The notes: generated by a model from the sequence alone, not told the origin. A stretch of DNA of 26,591 bases from Candidatus Woesearchaeota archaeon (GCA_016219825.1 JACRKJ010000043.1:1-26591), one strand, 5' to 3'; shown: positions 1-7,778, counted from the first letter of the stretch. Numbers and translations are program-made.

Positions 1-669
1 ACAGATTTAACAATTCCTGACACTGGAAGACCTGCTGACTGCCCCAGCGGCGCTGAGTTTGGCGTTGATAATGACTATGATAATGTTGGTTTAACAAGCT
101 GTGATTATTGCCCGAATACAAGCCCTCAACCTGCCGCAGATCCAACTGCTCCTGTTGATCCTAACGCCCCGCCTTATGTTGATTTATTTGGGTGCGCGCA
201 AAACCAGGACCCTATTGAACCTCCCACATCCCAAACATTTGAATCCTGCACTGGGGCTGGAGGCATCCAATGCGAGGCTGGAGATAAATGCAGCCAAGGA
301 AGCTTTGTCAACGCTGTTGACCAAGCCGGCTGCTGCGTGAAAGATCCTACTGCTGACTCTGCCGCTGAAGGACCGTTCTGCGAGCGTGACGTTACGAACT
401 CATTGGGAGGAGAGACATTCACTTTGGATTATGGGCCATGCCAAGACGCTGACGCGAATGGACAAGGTTTTCGGGAAGTGAAGGGAGCGACACCAGAACA
501 ATTAACCTCTATTGGGATTACATTAGTTAACGGCAAAGAAGCGTGCACTGTCCTGCCCGCGCAGAAAAATAAAAAAGTCCCATTCTTCTCTCTCACCAGC
601 GCTTTTCTCAGTCTTCTCCTTCTTGGATTATATTCCTTTTTCCAGGTTCACAAAAAAAGAAAGCTTTAA
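1..669 (+). CDS. 5'-truncated Cys-rich surface protein with C-terminal VPFF-TM-basic tail
   Basis: Frame 1 is open from base 1 (TDLTIPDTGRPADCPSG...CTGAGGIQCEAGDKCSQGSFVNAVDQAGCCVKD...) to TAA at 667-669, so the track start at 337 is an internal GTG. The C-terminus is VPFFSLTSAFLSLLLLGLYSFFQVHKKRKL. Confidence 0.8.
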   Translation, partial: TDLTIPDTGRPADCPSGAEFGVDNDYDNVGLTSCDYCPNTSPQPAADPTAPVDPNAPPYVDLFGCAQNQDPIEPPTSQTFESCTGAGGIQCEAGDKCSQGSFVNAVDQAGCCVKDPTADSAAEGPFCERDVTNSLGGETFTLDYGPCQDADANGQGFREVKGATPEQLTSIGITLVNGKEACTVLPAQKNKKVPFFSLTSAFLSLLLLGLYSFFQVHKKRKL

Positions 670-672
670 AAC
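658..672 (+). promoter_or_regulatory. BRE/TATA-like promoter of rpoL
   Basis: A-rich run followed by TTTAAAA at 665-671; first T is 29 nt before the ATG at 694. Confidence 0.6.
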
Positions 673-693
673 TTCTTCCTGTCTCCAAACTCT

Positions 694-966
694 ATGGATA
701 TTCATATTCTCAAAGAAGAAAAAGATCTCCTAGAAGTTGAAATCGTTGGTGAAGGGCATACTTTCTGCAATCTTTTACGAGATACATTAAACAATCAAAA
801 AGAAGTCAAACACGCAAGTTACATGATCCAGCACCCGCTTGTCTCCAATCCTATCTTAGCTGTCAGAACATCAGCTGGAAAGCCGCGCAAAGTTTTCCTC
901 GATACCTTACAAGAATTAAAAAAATCAAACACTGAATTAAAAACGCTTCTTAAAAAATTAGCGTAA
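694..966 (+). CDS. rpoL: DNA-directed RNA polymerase subunit L (Rpo11)
   Basis: 90 aa with the RpoL/RPB11 motifs EIVGEGHTFCNLLRDTL and ASYMIQHPLVSNP. Confidence 0.95.
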   Translation: MDIHILKEEKDLLEVEIVGEGHTFCNLLRDTLNNQKEVKHASYMIQHPLVSNPILAVRTSAGKPRKVFLDTLQELKKSNTELKTLLKKLA

Positions 967-1034
967 TCTTTAGCAGATTCGTTACCTATTTAAATTCTGA
1001 TTGTTCCTTTCTTCTTTAAAGAGGATTTATTGAC

Positions 1035-2858
1035 ATGCGCCAGAACAATTATTCGTTACTCGCTTTGGGATTTTTCTTTTTTCTTTTTCTGATTTTTCTA
1101 GCTTTCACCCCTACACTTACCGGGTTCGCCACTGTTACTCTTGGACAAACGCCAGCAGCGTTTTCCCCAGGCATTTTGAATTCCACTTTCACCCTTTCCA
1201 TTGTTGGCGGAGAATTTGCCAAGAACGCGACGCAATTAAGCGCGACAGTTTATTCTGGAACAAACGCTGTTGTTTCTGGAACAAAGACATTACATTTTCT
1301 TCTGAACCAAACATTAGACCTGCCGTTGATGCAGCAAGAGCAGGAATATGGGTTTGGGCAGGCTGGCAATTATATTTTAAATTTAAGTTTATACCAATTA
1401 CAAGTTTCACAATCCGGCACTTATATCTTGAACCTTACTTTGTTTAACGCGACAGCTGTCCTTGATTCATCAGCCCTTGCTATTGCTGTCCAAGCTGTCG
1501 GGGTTTCCGATGGCAAAGGACAACCAAACATTACGAATGTCACTTTCGCGAGCGCTGGCAGCTTAGATGCGCTCGCTTCTGGAACTCTTCAATCTGAATT
1601 CAGAATTGGATCGTATTTGAGATGCAGCGTCCAATATTCTGGCGGAGACTTGAACATCAGCTTCTTCAAACCTGGAGACATTATTCCTGGAAGCGCTTAC
1701 AGAATTTTTACCGGGACAGACTTAACTTGCGTTAATAACACTTGTTTCGCCACGCTTTTCGTCAATCAAACCTTTTTAGGACAATGGGGATGCTACGCAG
1801 AAGCAGCGAATACAGCTGGCAAAGGACAACCACGCATCGGCAATTCATTAATCATGCGCAACAGCCCGCCTACATTACGAACGCCGTTTGAGAATCTCAC
1901 TTTTCCTGTCTCCTCTGAAAATTCCTCATTAACGCTTGACATGAGCGCGAACTTTTTTGATCCTGACACGCAAAATTTAACGTACCAAATTTCCGGATTG
2001 CAGCATTTATCGTTTACCGCGGCAGGAAATAACATTATTCTCACCAATCCGAACAATTATCAAGGAACTGACCACGCGCAGTTCACTGTTTTTGATGGAT
2101 TTACCTCCACGTCCAGCTCTTTTATCACTTTGTTTGTCGGGAATGGCCCAGCCGCACCAACTTCAAATTCTACAAACCAAACCTGCATCCCCCAATGGGC
2201 CTGCAAATGGGATGCGTGCACTGGCGGAAGCCAAACAAAAACCTGCACAGACTCCAATTCCTGCACTGACGCGCAAAATCCAGGCGGGGAAACGCAAAAT
2301 TGCACTGAAGAAAATACTTCCATTCCTGAAGGAGAAATTCAATTTACCTCAGACCAAACACAGACTGAAACTTCCTCGTTCGCGTGGTGGCAGATTTTAT
2401 TGCTTGTTTTAGGCGTTGGCGCGATGATCGCTGGCGGAATTTTATTTTATTTACAAAGACGGAAAGAAAAAAACCAAGCTGTTATTCCTCAAGAAAAATC
2501 TCCTGAACAAAAACCTGCACCTGCTACTGAAACAAGTCAACAACCACAGATTGCAGACGCTCAGCAAGCACAACCTGTTGCAGCGCAGACTTCAAACTTA
2601 TCACAATTGCAAACCTATGTGGAGCAGCTTATGACTGAATATGGGAAGACACAGCAAGAGATTGAACCAGCATTACTGCAGGCTGGATGGAATATTGATG
2701 ATGTGAAAAAAGTCTGCAAGTACGCTACCTTAAAAGTTTTTATGAAAACGAAATTTGACCAAGGATTTTCCGTTGAGCAATTGAAAGCAACTGTTTTAGC
2801 GAAAGGATGGAAACCAGAAATCGTTGAGCACGCGCTGAAAGAACTAGGGAAAAACTAA
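1035..2858 (+). CDS. Membrane-anchored multidomain surface glycoprotein
   Basis: 607 aa. N-terminal hydrophobic segment, Ig/cadherin-like stretch (FFDPDTQNLTY), Cys/Trp module CIPQWACKWDACTGGSQTKTCTDSNSC, TM helix (WWQILLLVLGVGAMIAGGILFYL), Q/P-rich linker and two cytoplasmic GW repeats. About 18 N-x-S/T sequons by hand count. GAGGA SD at 1021-1025. Confidence 0.8.
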   Translation: MRQNNYSLLALGFFFFLFLIFLAFTPTLTGFATVTLGQTPAAFSPGILNSTFTLSIVGGEFAKNATQLSATVYSGTNAVVSGTKTLHFLLNQTLDLPLMQQEQEYGFGQAGNYILNLSLYQLQVSQSGTYILNLTLFNATAVLDSSALAIAVQAVGVSDGKGQPNITNVTFASAGSLDALASGTLQSEFRIGSYLRCSVQYSGGDLNISFFKPGDIIPGSAYRIFTGTDLTCVNNTCFATLFVNQTFLGQWGCYAEAANTAGKGQPRIGNSLIMRNSPPTLRTPFENLTFPVSSENSSLTLDMSANFFDPDTQNLTYQISGLQHLSFTAAGNNIILTNPNNYQGTDHAQFTVFDGFTSTSSSFITLFVGNGPAAPTSNSTNQTCIPQWACKWDACTGGSQTKTCTDSNSCTDAQNPGGETQNCTEENTSIPEGEIQFTSDQTQTETSSFAWWQILLLVLGVGAMIAGGILFYLQRRKEKNQAVIPQEKSPEQKPAPATETSQQPQIADAQQAQPVAAQTSNLSQLQTYVEQLMTEYGKTQQEIEPALLQAGWNIDDVKKVCKYATLKVFMKTKFDQGFSVEQLKATVLAKGWKPEIVEHALKELGKN

Positions 2859-3124
2859 CTGTAAATCTTATCGTGATGATCCAAATCGTAAAACGCTACT
2901 AAATCCTCCCCCCTATTATATTTGAAGATAAGCACAAATGATCCTTTAATATGCACTCTTTTAAATGACTGCATTGGAGAGCGCAAACTTTTGTAATGGT
3001 TAATGTCAACACATTCTATGATCTCTTGTATTTTATTCATTGTTGCTTCATACAACACACGATCTTTCTTGCTTAGTTTCATAAGGTTCTTCTGAAGATT
3101 TTCTTCAATGAGAAATTTACGCAT
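2855..3124 (-). CDS. RelE/YafQ-like type II toxin (mRNA interferase)
   Basis: 89 aa with FKRVHIKGSFVLIFKY and a C-terminal LDHHDKIY typical of archaeal RelE-superfamily toxins; overlaps the upstream small gene by 8 nt. Confidence 0.8.
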   Translation of the reverse strand: MRKFLIEENLQKNLMKLSKKDRVLYEATMNKIQEIIECVDINHYKSLRSPMQSFKRVHIKGSFVLIFKYNRGEDLVAFYDLDHHDKIYS

Positions 3125-3362
3125 TTCCTATTTCTTTTCTTAAACCCGCGATTGAATTATATGATTTGAAATTTCCAGCCTTTTCCATTCTTTTTAGTTT
3201 TTCAGTATATTCTGGCCGCAACTGCGGCTCAAGGAGTTCTTCTTCAAACTTGTCAATAACAAATCGAATCGCGTCGTTTTTGTTCTTTAGACCGTATTTT
3301 CCTTTGACAACTGTCAAGACTTGGTCTTCATGCTCATTTAGTTTTACTAATGTCTGCGCCAT
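3117..3362 (-). CDS. Putative antitoxin (DUF2683-like)
   Basis: 81 aa from ATG 3362 (MAQTLVKLNEHEDQVLTVVKGKYGLKNKNDAIRFVI...LEPQLRPEY); directly upstream of and overlapping the toxin. The track start at 3419 lies in the promoter region. Confidence 0.75.
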   Translation of the reverse strand: MAQTLVKLNEHEDQVLTVVKGKYGLKNKNDAIRFVIDKFEEELLEPQLRPEYTEKLKRMEKAGNFKSYNSIAGLRKEIGNA

Positions 3363-3460
3363 TTTTGTAATCAATTGTAACTTTTTGCAATAAAACATAA
3401 ATATAAATGTTTTTATCAATGTTGCCTTACGCTGTAATTATTTAGATTATCTTTTTTTGA

Positions 3461-3473
3461 AAAGGTTTAAATA
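3461..3473 (+). promoter_or_regulatory. BRE/TATA-like promoter
   Basis: AAAGGTTTAAATA upstream of the 3520 ORF. Confidence 0.55.
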
Positions 3474-3519
3474 GTCCCTGTGCTCTAAATTTCTTATTCA
3501 TACAAGAGCGTGAAATTGA

Positions 3520-4479
3520 ATGCATGACGGAACAAAAGCAGCATTGTTCGCCTTAGCGAGCATCCTTCTTGTGGCTTTCGCCTCAATTTTATATTTTCAA
3601 GATTCTGAACACACCAGTTCTTTAACTGATTATTCCACTTCAGCTGTGTATACTGTCCCTGATGGTGTCAGCTCAAGCGCTTCAGCTTCACAAGAGGCTG
3701 GGTTTGAAAGCGTCACTGGCGATGTTGTTCGACAAAATACTAAAGGTGTTGGGGGGGTTTGCACTACTAAAAACGACTGTAATCCTGGTTTAACCTGCAC
3801 TAACGGAAAATGCGCTGGATTTGTTGCGCAGGCACAAGGCATTGATGAAAGCAAGGGTTTTCAAGATACTGATTTACAAGATTCTGGTTTAGGCAAAGGC
3901 GCTTTTGGCAGTGGACTTGAAAAAGGTTCTCGAAAAGGCGTTAAACATAGTGTTAGTGAAGTTGGCGGATTATTAGATATGTTAAAAAGTATTTTCTCAC
4001 GATTGAGTTCTATTGAAGCTAGATTAACTGCTCTTGAAAGCAAACCTGCTTTAGGTTCATCTTCCACTGCTGGCTCTTCTACAGTTGGGTCAGCTGCCTC
4101 TTCTGGAAATCCACCCCCTCGAATCCCATTTACTTTTGATGCTGTTTTTCAAGGCGGGAATGGCAATTTAGAAATTCGTGATGCAACTGAACCTGTTGAA
4201 GCTTGCTGGTTTGCTGATAACTATGATAATAAAAAATATCTTTATCGTATTGCTCTAAAATCCTTAGAATTTTATTCTCTTTGTGGGGATAGTTGCAGAA
4301 CAGTGCATGCAGGCAGTCCTTATTCTTATCAGGCTGCAAATAGCATTACTATTGATAATATCTGCGGTTATTATAAAGTCACTTCTGGATTTTGTCCAGC
4401 GACTTATTCAACAAGCGTCGCTTGTGTTCCTTCTTCAAATGTTAAAAATGCATATGTTGATATTGCTAAATTTAATTAA
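3520..4479 (+). CDS. N-terminally anchored extracellular protein with Cys knot-like motif and short coiled coil
   Basis: 319 aa. TM/signal ALFALASILLVAFASILYF, motif CTTKNDCNPGLTCTNGKC, heptad stretch LKSIFSRLSSIEARLTALESK, Ser-rich linker and Cys-containing C-terminal domain. Confidence 0.75.
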   Translation: MHDGTKAALFALASILLVAFASILYFQDSEHTSSLTDYSTSAVYTVPDGVSSSASASQEAGFESVTGDVVRQNTKGVGGVCTTKNDCNPGLTCTNGKCAGFVAQAQGIDESKGFQDTDLQDSGLGKGAFGSGLEKGSRKGVKHSVSEVGGLLDMLKSIFSRLSSIEARLTALESKPALGSSSTAGSSTVGSAASSGNPPPRIPFTFDAVFQGGNGNLEIRDATEPVEACWFADNYDNKKYLYRIALKSLEFYSLCGDSCRTVHAGSPYSYQAANSITIDNICGYYKVTSGFCPATYSTSVACVPSSNVKNAYVDIAKFN

Positions 4480-4481
4480 TT

Positions 4482-4736
4482 TTATTTTTTCTTTATTTTA
4501 TACAACCCTTCCAAGAGATCTGTCCCCGCATAGCCAGCGAGGATCGCTAAACGAGGCTCTGTCACCACCATACCAGCAACAACACCTACACTACTTGCCG
4601 TTATAATCGTTACCAAGAAATACCAGAGCTTGAATTTTGGCTTCTTTTCCCTTCGGTAGTGCTTCGCAACGCCGACAACACCACGCGCAAGACCGCCAAG
4701 ACCACCGAACAATGCAAGCATAAACATTTGGCTCAT
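4482..4736 (-). CDS. Small Gly-rich membrane protein
   Basis: 84 aa with three hydrophobic segments (LALFGGLGGLARGVVGV; LWYFLVTIITASSVGVVAGMVV; LAILAGYAGTDLLE) and a basic C-terminus; TTTAAAGG promoter-like motif at 4771-4764 on the minus strand. Confidence 0.7.
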   Translation of the reverse strand: MSQMFMLALFGGLGGLARGVVGVAKHYRREKKPKFKLWYFLVTIITASSVGVVAGMVVTEPRLAILAGYAGTDLLEGLYKIKKK

Positions 4737-4832
4737 TTTGACCTGAATTCTACTTCTTTTTCACCTTTAAATCCTTTACTTTATATTTTTCTGGCTCAAA
4801 TTTTAGATCTGTTTCTTTAATGTTACTTTTTT

Positions 4833-5158
4833 TCATATTTCAATAATGATCTTATTTTTCCCAGATGGAAGGATGATTACTTCCCTTTCTTTTTTAAGAT
4901 CCATAAAGTTCGCAATTTCTTTTGGTATTCTTATTGCTAGGCTATTTCCTACCCGCGCTACTTTTGTTTTTTTCGCTAGCCCAAACAACCATAATTCTTT
5001 TGATTTTCGCTGTATATTCTTTACCACTCCTGCCTCGAAGAGCGTCTCCCCGCATTTTACGCATACTCTCGCAGGGAACTTACCAAGAGAGACTCCAAAC
5101 TCGTGATGCTTATCCTCTTTGCCTTTAAAATTTGATGTTTACATGTTTTATCTTTCAT
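4833..5158 (-). pseudogene. Zn-ribbon (YgiT-like) plus AbrB/MazE fusion split by a -1 frameshift (pseudogene, recoded gene or sequence error)
   Basis: The AbrB frame stays open upstream of the track start 5027 through FKGKEDKHHEFGVSLGKFPARVCVKCGETLFEAG to a TAA at 5141-5139, with no ATG in that stretch. ATG 5158 (GGAGA at 5175-5171) reads MKDKTCKHQILK and joins this frame by a -1 shift at T TTA AAG (5129-5123), giving 108 aa. AbrB motif: KVARVGNSLAIRIPKEIA. Confidence 0.65.
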
Positions 5159-5262
5159 TTTAGTTGAAATTCTCCATTTATCACTCTTCTTTTTTGTTTT
5201 CCTTTCCAGCCTAATGCAGAAATGAGGATATTTGTATCAATCACTATCTTTTTCTTGCCCAT
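5155..5262 (-). pseudogene. Truncated PIN-domain (VapC-like) toxin, 35 aa
   Basis: Manual translation gives MGKKKIVIDTNILISALGWKGKQKRRVINGEFQLK-stop. IDTNILISAL is the first strand and helix of a PIN domain. It overlaps the upstream AbrB gene by 19 nt and is too short to appear in the ORF track. Confidence 0.75.
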
Positions 5263-5504
5263 TTCACCGCTTCTGCTACATCATTTGATGTTGCTTTTTG
5301 TTTTTTTACATGTTTTTCTATCTCCTTTGATAACTTCTCGAATTCTGCCCTTACATTCGGCATTTCCACTTTTTTAAACAAGACTCCTTCCTTTACAGGC
5401 ATTGCTATAAACCGATCACCTGGCTGAAATGATTCACCTTCCCTGATTCCTTGAGGAACGACCAATTGACCTTTTGGGCTCATCTTTACAAATTCTGTTT
5501 CCAT
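5244..5504 (-). CDS. AbrB/MazE/SpoVT-family antitoxin
   Basis: 86 aa with VKMSPKGQLVVPQGIRE and PGDRF; strong SD GGAGGGTGAG at 5517-5508 and TTTATAT at 5557-5551. Confidence 0.85.
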   Translation of the reverse strand: METEFVKMSPKGQLVVPQGIREGESFQPGDRFIAMPVKEGVLFKKVEMPNVRAEFEKLSKEIEKHVKKQKATSNDVAEAVKWARKR

Positions 5505-5867
5505 TGCCTCACCCTCCAGTTTTACTGTTTAACTATAAAACAATTAAACTATATAAATCTTTGTTCCTATCTCCCATTGTAACGATTTATGAATTTCCCC
5601 CTGTCTTGAAAACCTCCTCATCTTTGTTAGAATCTTTTCAGGATTTTCGCCCATATCTTTATGAATCCTGTTTTGTATCTTTTCTTTATGTATATCACAT
5701 CCCTTTCCATTCAACAAGGAGCAATAAAAATCCCCTTGAATATTCTCAAAGAACTACAACGGCACCACTGTTCAGAATTAGTCTTTATTTATGATGAAGG
5801 GAAGTTGTTCTGCAGCAAACCAAGCAGGTTCGCCTCCCTTTCCCATGAACTCGCGGAGCAGAATGAA

Positions 5868-5882
5868 GAAAACATTTAAGTA
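5868..5882 (+). promoter_or_regulatory. BRE/TATA-like promoter of signal peptidase gene
   Basis: GAAAACATTTAAGTA; first T at 5875 is 29 nt before ATG 5904. Confidence 0.6.
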
Positions 5883-5903
5883 GGGGCATTTATTGCTGGT
5901 TTT

Positions 5904-6494
5904 ATGGTTGCTTCTTATCGAAAAAAATTGAAACGATTATGGCATTTTATCTGGGAAGAGGATTCTTTCGCGAGCTGGGTTGTCAATGTGCTGCTCGCGT
6001 TTATTTTAGTGAAGTTCGTCATTTATCCTGGATTGGGATTTTTATTGGGAACGCAATTTCCTGTTGTCGCTGTTGTGTCCGGCAGCATGGAGCATGACGG
6101 GAATTTCAACACCTGGTGGGAAAGCCAGCGTTCTTACTACACAAACATCAATATCACCCAAGAAGAATTTTTACAATACTCTTTCCGCAATGGGTTTAAC
6201 AAAGGAGACTTGATGATCTTAATCGGAGCGAAGCAGATCCAGCGAGGAGATGTTCTTGTTTTTCAAGGCGCAGTTCCAGATCCAATTATCCACCGCGTCG
6301 TGAAAGTATATCCTGGAAGTTATCAAACAAAGGGGGACCATAATACGGGTTCAAGGCAGGATGAAGTCTCTATTACAGATGACCGCATTTATGGAAAAGC
6401 GGTTTTCCGCATTCCTTATCTTGGCTGGTTCAAGATTCTTTTTGTTGAGCTCATCCAAGAGATTATTCATTTGGTTCAATCTGCTTTCGCTTAA
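5904..6494 (+). CDS. sec11: Signal peptidase I (archaeal Sec11/S26B type)
   Basis: Catalytic Ser box VVSGSME, His box IIHRVV, TKGDHN and RIPYLGW; N-terminal TM segment. Confidence 0.92.
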   Translation: MVASYRKKLKRLWHFIWEEDSFASWVVNVLLAFILVKFVIYPGLGFLLGTQFPVVAVVSGSMEHDGNFNTWWESQRSYYTNINITQEEFLQYSFRNGFNKGDLMILIGAKQIQRGDVLVFQGAVPDPIIHRVVKVYPGSYQTKGDHNTGSRQDEVSITDDRIYGKAVFRIPYLGWFKILFVELIQEIIHLVQSAFA

Positions 6495-6545
6495 CCTTCA
6501 AAAAGATTTATAAATTCTTGTTGCTTTTTGTTTTTGGAGAATATC

Positions 6546-6839
6546 ATGTTTTGCAGCAAATGCTCAAGTTTACTTATGCCTGTTGACGGCACGATGCAGT
6601 GCCCTGCCTGCAAGACTGTCCAAGGCGATGGAAAGATCGCTGAACGAAAGAAAAAACAGAAAGAAATCGCTGTTGTGCAAGATGGAAAGACAGAACACCT
6701 CCCTACAGTCAAAGCTGACTGCAAAAAATGCGGAAATACTGAAGCATATTTCTGGATGCTCCAAACTCGCGGAGCAGACGAGCCTGAAACACGATTCTTT
6801 AAATGCACAAAATGCGAGTATACATGGAGAGAATATTAA
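6546..6839 (+). CDS. tfs: Transcription factor S (TFIIS/RpoM-like)
   Basis: 97 aa from ATG 6546 (GGAG at 6536-6539). Two Zn ribbons, CSKC...CPAC and CKKC...QTRGADEPETRFFKCTKC, with the catalytic DE pair intact. Confidence 0.95.
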   Translation: MFCSKCSSLLMPVDGTMQCPACKTVQGDGKIAERKKKQKEIAVVQDGKTEHLPTVKADCKKCGNTEAYFWMLQTRGADEPETRFFKCTKCEYTWREY

Positions 6840-7195
6840 TGAGTTATTTTGAGCTGCCTGAACACGATCTTGGCGACATCGTTGAAAGAACAATTCTTAC
6901 TGACATCCCGCAACCTGACCAGCCTGTTCTTCGTGAACGCGTGCTTTCGGTTGTTTATACTTATGAAGGAAATGATATCAGCGCCCTTACTGTCCTTATG
7001 TACGCTGTGCAGCAAGGAAAATTAGACGCTTATTTAAGCAAACTTGAGGAGTATCATCGGCGCACTCTTGCGTATATCCATCCTGAAACACGAAGAAATT
7101 TCCACACAACTGGAGCACAAAAAGCACAGGTTTTTTTCTTGAACTGCTTGCGGGAATTAGGCGTCCGCCCTAATGAATATATTCCAAATCTTTAA
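6839..7195 (+). CDS. Hypothetical soluble protein
   Basis: 118 aa from ATG 6839, which overlaps the tfs stop (TAATG); GGAGA at 6826-6830. No motif recognised. Confidence 0.65.
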   Translation: MSYFELPEHDLGDIVERTILTDIPQPDQPVLRERVLSVVYTYEGNDISALTVLMYAVQQGKLDAYLSKLEEYHRRTLAYIHPETRRNFHTTGAQKAQVFFLNCLRELGVRPNEYIPNL

Positions 7196-7228
7196 ATAGA
7201 AGCATTTCAAGATGAGTTCAGGAAAAAG

Positions 7229-7711
7229 ATGGTTGAAGAAATTGCTCAGCAAAGCTTGATTTTCTTTCCTGTTATTGGATTGGGAATCATTTTAGGACTC
7301 TATGAACTTATTTTAATTCATCGTGATGAGAGTTTCCGCGGCAGCCACTGGCTGGGGCATGGACTTCATTCTGTTTTGTTTATGATGATCGCGTTGTTCG
7401 CAGTATTTAACACAGACTATTTTTTACAGGTTACAGGCATCAGCAGTTTAGACTGGTCTTCCTGGCTGATCAGCCCATGGACGATCCGTATTTTGGTCGG
7501 CATTATTTTGAACATTAAAATGCACGCGACATCCGCAGTCATTAAAGGACGGGCGTTTTCCGGCGGCATCTCCGGCAACCTGGCTGAACATTGGACGCAT
7601 ACACTTTTAGTCTCCGCATTCGTCGTTACCGCCCCGCTTTACTGGCCAATCTTACAACCATTCCTGCCTTGGTGGGCTGGCGGAACAACTCCAGAACCTG
7701 CAACCCCATAA
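7229..7711 (+). CDS. His-rich polytopic membrane protein of unknown function
   Basis: 160 aa, about four hydrophobic segments and seven His (LIHRD, SHWLGHGLHS, KMHATS, EHWTHT); TTTAAATA at 7191-7198. Confidence 0.8.
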   Translation: MVEEIAQQSLIFFPVIGLGIILGLYELILIHRDESFRGSHWLGHGLHSVLFMMIALFAVFNTDYFLQVTGISSLDWSSWLISPWTIRILVGIILNIKMHATSAVIKGRAFSGGISGNLAEHWTHTLLVSAFVVTAPLYWPILQPFLPWWAGGTTPEPATP

Positions 7712-7744
7712 TTTTACTTTTTCAATACCCCTTTTCAACCAGCT

Positions 7745-7757
7745 AAAAGTTTAAATA
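7745..7757 (+). promoter_or_regulatory. BRE/TATA-like promoter of pcn
   Basis: AAAAGTTTAAATA; first T at 7750 is 29 nt before ATG 7779. Confidence 0.65.
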
Positions 7758-7778
7758 GCATTATTTGAAAGTTGCTGT

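Noticed and set aside
101-422. Track ORFs 101-340 (+) and 174-422 (-)
   Set aside because: Alternative-frame shadows of the open frame-1 gene running from base 1.
2855-5504. TA-rich region as an integrated mobile element
   Set aside because: No integrase, transposase, tRNA target or terminal repeats were seen.
5785-5865. Minus-strand peptide HSAPRVHGKGRRTCLVCC resembling ribosomal protein uS14 (GKGxRxCxxC)
   Set aside because: No start codon was identified, it stops before the second CxxC, and no ribosomal operon is nearby; judged chance similarity.
5474-5879. Track ORFs 5474-5794 and 5661-5879 in the largest unassigned gap
   Set aside because: No recognisable motif or SD. The first overlaps the AbrB start and promoter, and the second ends inside the sec11 TATA box. 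A decayed gene cannot be excluded.
5904-6494. Signal peptidase as a dedicated SipW-type enzyme for the 22258-26010 subunits
   Set aside because: It is about 16 kb away among core genes and is more simply the housekeeping enzyme.
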